A stretch of DNA of 64,000 bases from Lingula anatina (taxonomy: Eukaryota > Animalia > Brachiopoda), in assembly GCA_051362555.1 (NCBI GenBank), contig CM120643.1:6696001-6760000 (forward strand). Reading direction: 5' to 3'. Below, in pieces: positions 1-14,191 of this stretch. Every line of letters starts with the position of its first letter. Positions within the stretch are counted from its first letter, which is position 1. The notes beneath the pieces were generated by a model. The model searched no databases. It was not told the origin of the DNA and saw only the letters and a program-made list of their open reading frames with translations. Made by a program: the position numbers and the translations under genes.

Positions 1-932
1 GCGATATTTTGACCATAAAATTGATGTACACAATGATAGGACACACTTGTCTTTGGACCAAAAGCTCGGAACTGTGACAAGTACGGTATTATCATCTAAA
101 TTAGTCCGTGATATTAGTGGTAATATTCCCATCTACTTTTATGTTAGCTAATATTCTGAGGGACATAAAAGAAAAGACAGGCAAAACATAACAAAGAATC
201 GCAACATAAATACGTGTCGTAATTTTCCTTGCATTCTTGTACGCTTTTTTCTGACTAATGTTACTGAAGAAAATGTGATACTTACGAAACATGCATTGAC
301 CAGTGTCTTCTTCTCATAAAAGCTTGACCTTGCAACTGTACCACACATGCTGTTGCGTCTTCACCCTGATGTGTCCTACTGCCTAGTGAGCATTGGGGAA
401 GACAGCTCGCACTACGATGAGCAACTTATTGTTATGCAAATTACAGACAGGTATGGCCCATTTTAGGTGAGGGACTGTGGCTGAAACTGGTCACGAATGT
501 TCACGGTCAAAAACACGTAAATGAAGATTTGACTGAGGTCCACTTGTTAAAATACACCACTTTATTCCGCAAATATTGCGCATGCATCTTTCATCATGCG
601 GTTTCATAAGTCTTTGATACATTACTTCCACATAACACCAGGGAAAGAGTGTGAATGTTGATATTTTTATCGATCAATAGGCGTACCTATAATCCTGTTG
701 TTGACATAATGGAACGGATAAATCCTAGTTCCATTCGGATCCAAGTGCCACTAGCAAATAAGTAAATAAATAAACACCGAGAAGCCTGTGTACCAACATG
801 TTATGGGCCAAACAATACGATATTTTATAGCAATAATGAATCTAATCAGTAGAAATAGTCATGGGCGAAACAAGACGGGCCCTTCTAAATAACTTGCCAC
901 TGTCGGAATAACGTTGCCTGGAGGATCAAGAT

Positions 933-933
933 T

Positions 934-980
<47 letters not shown>

Positions 981-984
981 TTCA
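933..984. repeat. (TTTA)n microsatellite
   Basis: Direct tetranucleotide run. Confidence 0.95.
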
Positions 985-1214
985 TTTATGCAAATATTGT
1001 TGAAATACTTATTTGTTTTTTAGTGTTTGCATATTTTGGGACAAAATCTTAGTAGTTCGGGAATGTTATCATAGTGTTTTTTATGCATGCGTTAGATTAA
1101 ATTGGGGGTCAGTTTTCATCGGCAACAGACAACAATCAAGAGTATAAGGTTTTTATCAACTTAATTAATATCAAAAGGATCGAGGCTGGGAAGATCCGAG
1201 ATGAGCGTTTCATG

Positions 1215-1580
1215 TGTAACCCGGTTGGTTACTTAATTCTGAGCGAGTAGCAAACTTGAAAACACCGAAGACATCAATGGTAGCTCATGAAGATCTTTAT
1301 TTGCTGACGGGCTACAATCTGGCACTCAGGCAGGGACAGTCACGACGATCTCCCGGGGTCTCTCTCTCACTAACTGAGAAGCCCTCATTTTATAGGGAAT
1401 CGTTCTAAGTCCTGCGTGCCCAATAAATATTACTAAATGTGTGTATTTTATAGGAATAATAAAGGAACTAAAGGTAACATACGTGATTAATATGAAGTAT
1501 GAGAAAACTAAATACAGGGACTATATTACATTCCATAGTAGCCCTGAACACGGATATGTTCTCCGGGTAGGAAGGTTACA
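1215..1580 (-). mobile_element. Possible solo LTR, minus orientation
   Basis: Starts TGTAAC and ends ATTACA (~1530) or GTTACA (1580). The minus strand carries a TATA-like CCTATAAAA (~1390) followed by AATAAA (~1297). No convincing target-site duplication (TSD). Confidence 0.35.
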
Positions 1581-2052
1581 TAACGTTCGGACCTGGGAAT
1601 GGCCTCAACTGAAATTTCCCCAGGTGTAGTGACTGTTTTTGGTGGAAGAGATCAAAAGAGCGAAATGACTATAATGAGGCCAAAGTATTTCTACAATTTT
1701 AGAGTCGGCACCGGGTTTCCATTTTCTGTCATCTGAAAGGGGTGTATCTTCAATTACTTAAATAAATTACTCTACTGAGATTTTTGTTTCTAATTTTGGT
1801 TTCTCTTCCGTGATTGAAAATGTGATTTAAAGGCAGAGACAAATTGTATAACACTACCGTGATATACATGTTTATTTTTATCTTATTCTTGTTGGGAAAA
1901 TTAAAACTGGAGGATACTGACAGTGTGTGTGTGTGGGGGGGGGGGGGGGGGGCAGGGGAGAGGGGAGGATGGTCTAAAAAAGCTAATTTGGAAGACTGGA
2001 CTGTCACAAAATATCTCTGGATCCGGTCCCGACATAAAAAAAACAACCCGAC

Positions 2053-2065
2053 CTGTCTCTCTCCC

Positions 2066-2127
<62 letters not shown>
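2053..2127. repeat. (CT)n(CA)n compound microsatellite
   Basis: Direct runs; they produce the spurious ERERER/SLSLSL ORFs. Confidence 0.95.
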
Positions 2128-2699
2128 TAAATAGATAAACAAGTAAATGAATAAACAAACAAAAAATGTAATTCTGTTTCTTTTCTTTCGAATTTTTTTT
2201 GTTCAGTGTTTAGAAAAGAAACACTTAGGTTTTTTAAATTTCTGTTTAAAAGTTTGCTTTGGCTACATTAGAAATAGCACCAAAACATTTTTAGATTTAT
2301 TAGATTTATTAATGCTACGAAGAGTCTGTCATTTTTTCATAATAAGACTGTCCACAGTAAATATGTTGTTCTGGCACGATCGATTTCGTTTAGCTCATCC
2401 CCTGAAATGTAGGCTACATAATCTGATTGAGTTTCATTACGTCTGTATGATAAGGGTACGAACATGGATCCCCATTCCAGGGAGGTGACCCGGGTTTACT
2501 ACAATCCCAATCTTTATTCCAATTGAATATGGTAATTATTATTGGCGCAAAAAGTTAAAGCATGCTGACGTTCATTACTCACGCTTTAAAAATTCTAAAA
2601 TTAGGGATGAGGCAATGAAAGCAGATGATCATGATATGGACTCGTAACTGATAACAGCGAGAGCGTATGTAGAAAGTTCATTGAATCTGTTGTTGAGCG

Positions 2700-3200
2700 G
2701 TGCAAGGGTAATGATCTTATTTTGAACATTAGTAAAACCAAGGAAATGATAGTAGATATCAGACGGAATCAAAATGTAAAAAAAACCGCTACATATAGAG
2801 CATACAGTTAAGATAGAGCAGTTCAAACTCCTAGGAATTCATTTGAATAGTAAACTTACTTGGAATGACAACATCAAGAGCAGCGCAAGAAAAGCAAGAC
2901 AAAGACTGTACTTTTTACGATCATTTGGAACTTTTACAAATAATGAGACCGTTTTAAATAACTTTTATACATGTATTATTGAGAGTATTTTAACGTTTGA
3001 AGCATCTGGTGACTACAGTGGAGGAACCGGACCCAACTTGTCAATGTAAAATAACTGGGAGAGATCTCCCTAACTGGAATATATCACGAAAGACAGAATG
3101 TAGAAAACAACAAAACAAATTATGGGGATCCCACCCATTCAGCAAATTCTCTTTTTTAATTCTTACCAAGCAATACCAGACTACTGAGTAAACGGTTTTA
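2700..3200 (+). mobile_element. Decayed LINE (Rex1/Babar- or CR1-like), C-terminal part of reverse transcriptase
   Basis: LILNISKTKEMIVDIRR...FKLLGIHLNSKLTWNDN...KARQRLYFLR...FYTCIIESILTF is the typical tail of Rex1/CR1-group ORF2; frameshifted. Confidence 0.8.
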
Positions 3201-3592
3201 AGCAGTTTTTGTCTCTGTATTCTCTAATATTAATTCCACTTTTATGCCTACTTCATAAATATGTCCAGTTCTTTTTTCAGTTTTATCTCTCCAATGAAAA
3301 CAATTTCCAATATCTGTGTTGTAATATTTTATTGGATGAACAAATTCTTATCACACTTGTTTGAAAAAAAAAAACAAGTAAGGTAAACACAAAACACCCT
3401 ACACTGGACTTTTTAGAAATGACCTAACAAAAATCTTTACTCTAATAATCAAATGCATCGGACTTCACTTAAATTCGATTATGTAAAGAACACTACATTT
3501 TAAATAAAATTTAGCTGTGAGAGTCAATCAGAAAGATAGTGGAATCATACAGAAAATCCTGCAATCCTGGTCTCAGGTATTCTTTACTCATA

Positions 3593-3960
3593 ACAAGGCA
3601 GCAAAGCTGTCAAATATACAGACAAAAAGCAGGAAATAACAAAATAGGCTACTGTCAATTCTGATGCAAAAGTACATTATGTTAAACTGCAAATTCAACA
3701 TCAAATTCTAATTATGCTCAACAGGTAATACCAATGTAAGTAAAATGTGTAACAAACATAAGGCTTCAGGCCCATGGGAGTTCATGATGTCTATGAAATA
3801 CTTACTGGCATAAAAAGGACCACGCCAGGTGTCATCACAACAATTATGAAAAATCCTTTCTACAACTCAAAATGATATGTTCAGATGACAGAAAAAGAAA
3901 ACTATTACAGAGTCATAACTGAGATATTTTTGGACAATCAATTTAAGAACAATCTAATTT
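3593..3960. mobile_element. Truncated copy of the Helentron-type (HINE) element, left terminus
   Basis: ACAAGGCAGCAAAGCTGTCAAAT(A/G)TACAGACA terminus shared with 6318, 8118, 14192 and 17309. Confidence 0.7.
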
Positions 3961-4956
3961 TAAAACTCATACATTTGAATTTAACAATTTGTGTTTAACA
4001 ATTATTATTGCTCTCAAACATACTGGGTACATTGTGGATTCAATATTCATCAGACATAATGGCTATTATAGATCATCAATAAGAAAAGAATTGTACTTAG
4101 GGAGCGTCACATGGAAAGTCTATTTCCTAAAAATCTATTTTCTATTCGCGGTATCTTGTGATCACGGTCTGTGCCCTGAATACCCCGCAGCGTAATTACT
4201 GGCAGCACAGGGAGTAACTGGCTGGTCCCTTAGTCAAATACATGCCATTACACCAAAATATCCATATCTCCTCTCTTTAAATGTTAAAATTTGCAAATTT
4301 GGATACGCAAGTGTTTCATTCAGGAACTCTGAGTCTACTAGATGAAAACCATTTAAAGCATTTCAAAGTTTTGTAATGTATCAAATTTATATATTCAGTG
4401 ACTTAGAGACAGAATAAACAGTTGAAAAAGAAACCTCTTTCTGCTTATTCAGGATAATGAATGTTTGATTAAACCAGACATCAAAGACGGTTCATATACA
4501 GCTATTAAAGAAACAACTAGGCAAGTCAAATGGTGAGTTTAAAATCTACAAAAAAAAAAAAAAAAAAAAGGGAATTACCTACTTAACAAGATATATTAGT
4601 ATACGTTTTGTCTAAAAAAGTAAATGTTTTCTCACTGATCCCTTGTTTTTTTGACCTACTATCTACAAGTCACTAATGTGTCAGCACAATTTTAATATTT
4701 TAAGTTGTTATCAAGTGAACGCATCAGTCCATCTAACACTGGCAACATTCTGTATCAGTTAACCATAAAGAATGCTGAGCTGTTGTCAACTAATATTCTG
4801 GCATCATCATCATCATCATAATAATAATATTAATAAGCCGTGTGAGAGGCGGAGAGACTATTAAAAGATTAGGCGGTTTTCCTTTCATATATGTCTGCCA
4901 TATTTAGTTTGTGGCTTTGTAGAGCCATGGCTCTACTCGATGTGAATGAGGTCTAA

Positions 4957-5170
4957 CACCCCATTTCCATAGATTAGATCGACCTACTTTAGATCGACCT
5001 AACTCCCTGGGGGTTCACGCTAAATAGCTGTCAGCCGGGCAGACACGAAAGTTAATTACCCTCTTACAGCTTGTAGTAGGCGGGACGGACATTTAAGTCG
5101 GATTATCTGAAAGTAATCTAGTGAGACTCCCCGCGGGGATAGATCGATCTAAATCTATGGGAATAGAGCC
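4957..5170. mobile_element. ~214-bp MITE (PIF/Harbinger-Tourist-like), copy 1
   Basis: Imperfect TIRs (CCATTTCCATAGATTAGATCG / CGATCTAAATCTATGGGAATAG), TAA on both flanks, near-identical copy at 45772-45986. Confidence 0.8.
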
Positions 5171-7619
5171 TAAGTCATTTGTCTTCATCTTGATTCCAGG
5201 ACCTTCATCTCCTCCGAAATCACACTAATCTGCAAAAGTTTGTTTAGTTTTGATAATTATTCGTAACCCATTTCACACTTTATTTAATTTGGGTCATTTC
5301 ATTTTCTTAGTACATCTTTAGGTTTACTGTTTGGAAAATGATTTCCCATCATATTTGATCTGATGTTTCTACATGTAGTGAAACAAAGAAAGCTGAGACG
5401 CAGTTTTTTGGTGCACAGAGAATTTTGAGTGTACTGTGGGTAAAAGAGACGGAATGTTAACAACTACTTAGTTTACCTTTTCAAGATACTTTTAGCTTGA
5501 AAATGGTTTTTATATTGTTATATTTGCTGAATTTGAGCAACTTTATACAACTCTGATGAATATGCATTATAGGGCAGTCATCATTATAGGGCAGTCATCA
5601 TGTGATGGAATTAAATATTTCTAATAATATTTTTAACATCTTTTATTTCCAGACAACATAAAAATATGTACAATGCTTTACACCTCTAACAATTCAATTA
5701 GTGAAATAACAAATCTAACATCAGAACATTCAACATAATTCACCATAAACATTTTCCCTTCTGTAAGCATTTGCCTCATTTTCAATTTCCATATTACTGT
5801 GATTACAGGACCAACCTGGAAGGGGGTGATTAAGACACCCCTGCACACCTCTTAAACAATCTTAATGTGCCCCAATACTGTAGCTTTAACACTGTCTTCA
5901 CACCAAATGTCAGTCACTATGTCAGTGCTCAAAGACAATATAAGAAAACAGAATTCATTATTTTTTAAAGTCACATGTGAAGATTTTCAACCATGCATAT
6001 GCACTATTATGATATGCCCTTTTTTATATTACTAGCAAGACCAAGAATAAAAAGGCCTAGTTTACAAATGTGAAGATTTTCAACCATGCATGTGAACTTG
6101 GTTTCAGATTATTGTTCAACATTCATTGGCCCCTTTCTTTTTTTTTGTCAGCGGAGAATTATCAAATCCTCTTCAATGCTGTCAGGAAGCACTCCAAAGG
6201 TCTCCTAATTATTGGGTAACCTGTAAAAAAGCAAATGAAAAACTTCAATATTTCATGATGAAACACTACAGCCATGCGGTATTCTACAGCAAAAATGCTT
6301 ATCACCTTATTATAAAAACAAGGCAGCAAAGCTGTCAAATGTACAGACAAAAAACAGAAAATAAAGATGCAAATAAGTGAAAAATTAAATTTTCACAAAA
6401 AACTGTTAAATTGCCAGAAAAATTTACCAAACAGACTGCATTGCCTATTGAAGCTGTATGTTAGACCCATGTTTCTTTCCTGTAAGTTTGAGAACAGTAA
6501 GTGACATGATTTCCCTTAAATGGTCATCATAGGAGCAGTGCCCAAAATAGGGGTTTCTTCAAATTTTGATGCAACATTACATAATGTTGAACAGCATGAT
6601 GACAATCAAATGTTATTAATAAAATATTAGTAACATGGACATTCAGAAAATGTGACAAGCAAAAGTCTTCAGGATCATGGAACTTTAAAGTCACACCTTG
6701 TAAATGCCAATATGTGAAAAATTAAATTTTCACAAAAAACTGTTTAACTGCCAAAAAAAAAAAAAAAAAAAAAGAAAAAAAAAATACCAAACAGACTGCA
6801 TTGCCTACTGAAGCTGTATTTTAGTCCCAGGTTTCTTTCCTGTAAGTTTGAGAACAGTAAGTGACATGATTTTCCTTAAATGGTCATCATGGAAGCAGTG
6901 CCCAAAATAGGGGTTTCTTCAAATTTTGATGCAATATTACATAATGTTTAACAGCTTAATGACCATCAATTTTTAATTATAAAATATTTGTATCACAGAT
7001 ATTCAGAAAATGTGACTAGCAAAGGTCTTCAGGCCCATGGAACTTCAAAGTCACACCTTGAAAATGCCAAAATGTAAACAAGACAGCACTGTTCTGAAAT
7101 GGGTTTCTTTCCATTTTTAACACTTTTTTAACATTAAAATAAACATTTTACTGCCATTTTTATATGACCAACTAAGAAAATTGATGAGATGGGAAAACTA
7201 TCAATAGAACAGTGTTAAATGTCCAATTTCCTCCATTCTGAGATTCTGAACATAGTGGATGATTGAATCTGACAAACTGCAATGATATGAGTTTATTTCC
7301 ATTTTTGACACTTTATTACACAATACATGAAAACAAGTTTACCATGTTTTTTACATAATCAACTAACAATGTTGTAAAGATGCAGGAAATATCAAACAAA
7401 CACTTTTAGGCATCTTATTAGTTAAATAATGAGACTGTTAACATGCCTAATAATTGAATCTGAAGACATGTGAAAAAACAGTATAACTTCTAAAATAATG
7501 GCCCGATTACGCTGATTTTTGAACTCATCCTGCGTTTTAGTAAGATTGACCACTCCTGTGAGTATAATTACAATTGGCCAATCCGTTTGTCTTATATTGT
7601 GTTATCAGTGTTGCATTTA

Positions 7620-8117
7620 TATTGAAAATAGTGAAAAAACAGCATAAATTCCCTAAAAGTGACCCGATCATGCTGATTTTCGAACTTGACCTGCGTATTA
7701 TGAATATTTATCAGTTCTGTAAGTTTCAAGCCAAAAGGTAAAATGGTTTTCTACTTATCGTGTTATCGGTGCTGCATATATGCTGAAAAAAGTGAAAAAA
7801 CAGCATAAATTCCCTAAAAGTGACCCAATCATGCTGATTTTCGAACTCGACCTGCGTATTATGAATATTCATCAGTTCTGTAAGTTTCAAGTCAAAAGGT
7901 AAAATGGTTTTCCACTTATCGTGTAATCGGTGCTGCATATATGCTGAAAAAAGTGAAAAAACAGCATAAATTCCCTAAAAGTGACCCAACATGCTGATTT
8001 TCGAACTTGACCTGCGTATTATGAATATTCATCAGTTCTGTAAGTTTCAAGTCAAAAGGTAAAATGGTTTTCCACTTATCGTGTTATTGGTGCTGCATAT
8101 ATGCTGAAAAAAGTGAA
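7620..8117. repeat. ~161-bp satellite monomers (3 copies) inside HINE
   Basis: TGCTGAAAAAAGTGAAAAAACAGCATAAATTCCCTAAAAGTGACCC... recurs at 7781, 7942 and 8102. Confidence 0.95.
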
Positions 8118-8664
8118 ACAAGGCAGCAAAGCTGTCAAATGTACAGACAAAAAACAGAAAATAAAGATGCAAAAAAGGTCATTTTGTTAATTTTGATGCA
8201 ATAATAAATAATGCTTATAATAGCACTATCAGTCAACACTGAATTTTATAATCATGCACAACAAGTAAAATGGTCAATAACATGAGCGGACCCAGAGATA
8301 TTCTCTGACAGTATTCCAAAGTATCTATTTTGATCCATCCTCCATTTTGATGGTCTTCCAACAGAAGAAAAAATAGATACCAGGCAATATAAACTTAATA
8401 ACCTGACTGTCTTCCGGAAGTCCCAGAAGATGGTCTCAATCTACCCTTTCAATAAGATTACAGTTTCAGGACCATGAGAGTTCAAATTCACATGATGTAA
8501 GTCTCAATATTTGAAAAATGATGAGTAACATAATGTTTAAAGACATAAAAAACAATACAACTGCTTACGTGGAAATACAGAAATGTCAGAGTCTCAGGCG
8601 GATGAGAGTTAAAAGTCTTAAATGCAAGTGTTTGAGAAAAAATTATAAAGGAAAACATAACAAA

Positions 8665-8780
8665 ACTAGAAAAGCACTCCGAGAGTGCGGACCTCTGCCA
8701 AGGTAGCAATTGTTGATTATTATTGATTTTTGTCCTCTTTGGCCCACTTCTGACAGTTCCTGAAAATTTCAGCAAATTTT
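8665..8780. mobile_element. Fragment of a second HINE/DINE-like family
   Basis: ACTAGAAAAGCACTCCGAGAGTGCGGACCTCTGCCAAGG terminus with GCACTC-CGA-GAGTGC stem-loop, inserted in an A-run of the host element. Confidence 0.55.
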
Positions 8781-11439
8781 TATATACATATAAAACTTAT
8801 TTGCAATATTAAACAAAATTTACCTGCATAATTATCACTGCTTCCTTATTATTAATCTAGCAGAGAGCTTAACCTATGGGAGTTTACAGGGAAATATCAA
8901 CAAGTGTGCTTTATGTAATCTCAAATCACAAGTGTGCTTTATGTAGCCTATCAATTAGGCAAATTACTTTATAACTGAAATTAGCGAAGTGATACCCAAG
9001 GGAAATTTATAGGTTGACCCTCTCAAAGGTCTTTTAGGCCCATAAGTCACAACTTAAGAAGAGCACAAAACAATAATGCACAAAATAGGAGACTACCACT
9101 TCTGATGCAATAATACATTTTGTTTAACTGCACAGTCAACATCAAATTTTAATTTTGCACAACAGGTAACACCGACGAAAGTAAAAGCATAAGGCTTCAG
9201 GCCCATCAGAGTTCAAGTTTATACTTAGAAAGTGCCAGAATGAGAAAAATGAAATTTCACACAAAATTGCATTAAATTCAATAATAAATGATAACCCAAT
9301 TGACCTGGCTTTCTAATTTGAACTGCATGCCAATCCTAAAAATCATACTCGTAAGTTAAATATAATAATAAATAACACAGTTTTCTTTTCATAATGTTTG
9401 CAGTAGCAGTGCAAAAAGATTATTGTCAATTTTGATGTAACATTACATAATAAATTATAGAATAATTATCACCAATTTTTGATTATTGACTATAAATAGC
9501 ATGAACATGTAGAAAATTTGTTTACCATCCGGCTTCATGTCCATGGGAGCTCCCAGTCCCACAATGAATATGCCAAAAAGATAATGAATATTTCACTAAA
9601 ATGTATAACTTCCAGAAAAAGAAGCCCATTAGACTGCTTTTCCAACTTGGGCTGCATTTTAGTCCTGTGTTTCTTTTTTGAAAGTTTGACAATCATAAGT
9701 AACACGGTTTTCCCATCATGGTCATCATGGCAGATGTGGATGATTGAATCTGACAAACTGCAATGATATGAGTTTATTTCCGTTTTGGACACTTGATTAC
9801 ACAATACATGATAACAAGTTTACCATCATTTTTACATAATCAACTAACAATGTTGTAAAGATGCAGGAAATATCAAACAAACACTTTTACGTATCTTATT
9901 AGTTCAATAATGAGACTGTTAACATGCCTAAGAATTGAATCTGAGGAAATTTGAAAAAACAGTACAACTTCTAAAATAATGGCCTGATAACGCTGATTTT
10001 CGAACTCAACCTGCATTTTTGTGAGATTGACCACTCCTGTGAGTATAATGACAATTGGCTAAGCTGTTTTTCTTATATTGTGTTATTAATATTGCATATG
10101 TTGAAAAAAGTGAAAAAACAGCATAAAAAAAATTAAAAGAAAATGTAAAATAAAACATAACAAAAAATACCAATAAAGCTGCTATTCAAACTTTTAATCT
10201 AGCTGTACAATTACTAACATGATATGAATAACCCTATTGAGTTTGAGAATAATAAGGCACTGTTATTCATCTTTAGCATTAATGTAAGCGTTACACAAAA
10301 TTTTTTTTGTAAACTTATTTTCCATATTAAATAACATTTACCTGCATAATAATCATCGATTCCTAATTATGTGACACAGTTAAGAAAGCTAAACCGATGG
10401 GACTTTACAATGAAATCTCAATGTGTGTTTATGTAATCTCATTTAATACCCACTTGAAAATTAATTAAGCAAATTATTTTATAACCCTGAAATAACTTGA
10501 AAATCAATTAAGCAAATTATTTTATAACCCTGAATTAACTGCCTACTATCCATATACATTTATTGCACCAAATAGCACTGTACTGCATTGCTTTCAAAAC
10601 AGAAAACAATTACGATGGTTTTCCAACACAAGCTGCACTTCAGTCTTTTCAGTAAGGTTGATTATCATAAGTAACATGGTTTTCCCTTAATCGCTATCCT
10701 GGCAGCAGTGTCCAAAATAGGGTTTTTTTTAACTTTCATGCAATATAACATAATACTTAACAGCATAATGACCATCAAATTTTTTATAAAAAAATAAAAG
10801 TATCATGGATATTCAGAAAATGTGATATGGAAAGGTCTCCAAGGACATGGAAGTTAGGGTCACACTTTCAAAATGCCAAAATGTTAACAAGAGATAACTG
10901 TACTGAAATGATTTTCTTTCCATTTTCAACACCTTTTTTACATAAAACCATCATCAATTAACTGTCATTTTTAAATGATCAACTAGGAAAATTGTTGACA
11001 TAGGAAAAATATCCATAGAACAATTTATAATGTCCAATTAGCTCCATTTGGAGATTCTGAACATAGTGAATGATTGAATCTGACGAACTGCAATGATGAG
11101 TTCCTTTCCATTTTTGATACTTTATTACACAATGCAGGATAATAGGTTTACCGTCATTTTTATGTAATCAACTAACAATATTGTTAAGAAGCAGAAAATG
11201 TTAAAACAACACTTTAACATATCTAATTAGTACCGTTATGAGACTGTTAACATGCTTAAGAATTAAATCTGAAGAAAAACCACTTATATACAAAAAGGCT
11301 AATAACTTCATCAAAACTTAACTGATCAAGCTTATTTTCAAACTTGATCTGTATACTGGTCAGATTGATCACTCCTGTGAGTTGCAAGACATAAGGCTGA
11401 TTGGTTTTCCTTAAAATGCGTTATCAGTGTTGCATGTAT

Positions 11440-11617
11440 GCTGAATAAAGGGAAAAAAACAGCATTACTTTTGTAAAAATAGTCCAATCATGCCAATTTT
11501 CAAACTTGACCTGCGTATTATAAATATTCACCAGTTCTGTTAATTTCAATCCAAGGAAAGGAAAAACATTTTTACACTTATCATGTTATCGGTGTAATAA
11601 AAGTGCTGAAAAAATTG

Positions 11618-11648
<31 letters not shown>

Positions 11649-12430
11649 AGGATAACTTCCATAAAAATTGCCCGATCTTGCTGATTTTCAAACTTGACCT
11701 GCGTATTATGAATATTCATTAGTTCTGTAAGTTTCAAGCCAAATGAAAAAACAGTTTTCCACTTATTGTGTTATCAGTGCTGCATATATGCTGAAAAAAA
11801 GTGAAAAAACAGCATAAATTCCCTAACAATTCCCTAACAATAATCGAATCATGATTTTCGACTTGACTTGCGTATTATGAATATTTATCAGTTCTGCAAG
11901 TTTCAAGCCAAAAGGTAAATTGGTTTTCCACTTATGGTGTTATCGGTGCTGCATATATGCTGAAAAAAAGTGAAAAAACAGCATAAATTCCCTAAAAATG
12001 ACCCAATCATGCTGATTTTCGAACTTGACCTGTGTATTATGAATATTAATCAGTTTTGTAAGTTTCAAGCCAAAAGGTAGAATGGTTTTCCACTTATCGT
12101 GTTATCGGGGTTGCGTATATGCTGAAAAAAGTGAAAAAACAGCATAAACTCCCTAAAAATGACCCGATCATGCTGATTTTCGAACTTGACCTACGTATTA
12201 TGAATATTCATCAGTTCTGTAACTTTCAAGCCAAAAGGTAAAATGGTTTTTCAATCGTGTTATCGGTGCTGCATATATGCTGAAAAAAGTGAAAAAACAG
12301 CATAAATTCCCTAAAAGTGACCCGATCATGCTGATTTTCGAACTTGACCTGCGTATTATGAATATTCATCAGTTCTGTAAGTTTCATACCAAAAGAAAAA
12401 ACAGTTTTCCATTTATCGTGTTATCGGTAA
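11440..12430. repeat. ~161-bp satellite array (~6 copies) inside HINE
   Basis: Same monomer as 7620-8117; most homogeneous next to the hairpin end. Confidence 0.9.
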
Positions 12431-13079
12431 AAGTGCATGGTGATGGCGACGACAGCGACGGCGACGACAGATGCAGATGACGGCTATATGTACAGACACA
12501 TCTGTGTCTGTACATAAAAATGCCAAAATGTAAACAAGACAGCACTGTCCTGAAATGGGTTTATTTCCATTTTTAACACTTTTTTAACATAAAACAAAAT
12601 AAACATTTTACTGCCATTTTTATATGACCAACTAAGAAAATTGATGAGATGGGAAAACTATCAATAGAACAGTGTTAAATGTCCAATTTCCTCCATTCTG
12701 AGATTCTGAACATAGTGGATGATTGAATCTGACAAACTGCAATGATATGAGTTTATTTCCATTTTTGACACTTTATTACACAATACATGAAAACAAGTTT
12801 ACCATGTTTTTTACATAATCAACTAACAATGTTGTAAAGATGCAGGAAATATCAAACAAACACTTTTAGGCATCTTATTAGTTCAATAATGAGACTGTTA
12901 ACATGCCTAATAATTGAATCTGAAGACATGTGAAAAAACAGTATAACTTCTAAAATAATGGCCCGATTACGCTGATTTTCGAACTCAACCTGCGTTTTAG
13001 TCAGATTAACCACTCCTGTGAATATAATGCCAATTGGCCAATCCGTTTTTCTTATATTGTGTTATCAGTGTTGCATTTA

Positions 13080-13742
13080 TATTGAAAAGTGAAAAAACAG
13101 CATAAATTCCCTAAAAATGGCCCAATCATGCTGATTTTCGAACTTGACCTGCGTATTAAGAATTTTCATCAGTTCTGTAAGTTTCAAGCCAAAAGGTAAA
13201 ATGGTTTTCCACTTACTGTGTTATCTGTGCTGCATATATGCTGAAAAAGTGAAAAAACAGCATAAATTCCCTAAAAATGGCCCAATCATGCCGATTTTCG
13301 AACTTGACCTGCATATTATGAATATTCATCAGTTCTGTAAGTTTCAAGTCAAAAGGTACAATGGTTTTCCATTTATCGTGTTATCGGTGCTGCATATATG
13401 TTGAAAAAAGTGAAAAAACAGCATAAATTCCCTAAGAGTGACCCGATCATGCTGATTTTCGAACTTGACCTGCGTATTATGAATATTCATCAGTTCTGCA
13501 AGTTTCAAATCAAAAGGCAAAATGGCTTTCCACTTATCGTGTTATCTGTAAAAGTGCACGGCGACGGCGACGACGGCGACGACAGACGCAGATGATGGCT
13601 GTACATAAAAACAGCATAAATTCCCTAAAAGTGACCCGATCATGCTGATTTTCGAACTTGACCTGCGTATTATGAATATTCATCAGTTCTGCAAGTTTCA
13701 AGTCAAAAGGTAAAATGGTTTTCCACTTGTCGTGTTATCGGT
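13080..13742. repeat. ~161-bp satellite monomers inside HINE
   Basis: Same monomer; interrupted at 13550-13607 by an element end. Confidence 0.9.
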
Positions 13743-13890
13743 AAAAGTGCACGGCGACGACGGCGATGACGGCAACGACGGCGACGACAGATGCAGATGA
13801 TGGCTATATGTACAGACACATCTGTGTCTGTACATAATTATCTAACTCCACAAAGAGCTGAAAAATGTTAATTTTGAAAATATTGTACCT

Positions 13891-14110
13891 AAAACCCTTT
13901 ACACTGGACAGCGTCCTTTCTGCTTCCTTTGTGCAACCAAGAAACTGACATTGCTGTGGTTGTAGAAAGGAGGCACAAGCATCACTATGGTTGCAAAATG
14001 AATGCTCAATGATCAGCCAGTTGTCAGAACGTACTCAGTAATTTATTTAAATTTCAAACGCGGCCGTACTACAGAATGCAGAAAGGATGCCACCCAATGT
14101 AAAGGGGGCT
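13891..14110. mobile_element. ~220-bp MITE (Harbinger-like), copy 1
   Basis: TIR CCCTTTACACTGGACAGCGTCCTTTCTGC / GCAGAAAGGATGCCACCCAATGTAAAGGG; related copy in opposite orientation at 31336-31539. Confidence 0.8.
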
Positions 14111-14191
14111 TAAGAAAAGAGACAGAAAAACTGGCAAATGTACAGGCACAAGTCTTAGTAAATATAGCCACACAGCAAATATGAAGTAAAA

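Larger units (their letters stand above)
6318..13836. mobile_element. Nested composite of non-autonomous Helentron-type (HINE/DINE-1/pearl-like) elements
   Basis: Left termini with stem-loop GGCAGC-AAA-GCTGTC plus sub-terminal ATGTACAGACA at 6318 and 8118. Right termini with (GAC/GGC)n microsatellite plus hairpin TATGTACAGACACA-TC-TGTGTCTGTACATA at 12487-12516 and 13807-13836; the 13607 end lacks the hairpin. Internal ~161-bp tandem repeats; junctions fall in A-runs. Confidence 0.8.

Noticed and set aside
384-753. Academ-like element with TAGTG...CACTA ends
   Set aside because: The TIR match is short and imperfect and the flanks (GCC/GCA) do not match.
1750-2158. ORFs with ER/SL/GG runs
   Set aside because: Microsatellite and poly-G artefacts.
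7726-13595. Repeated small ORFs (MLKKVKKQHKFPK...)
   Set aside because: These are translations of the 161-bp satellite; the period is not a multiple of 3 and copies contain indels.
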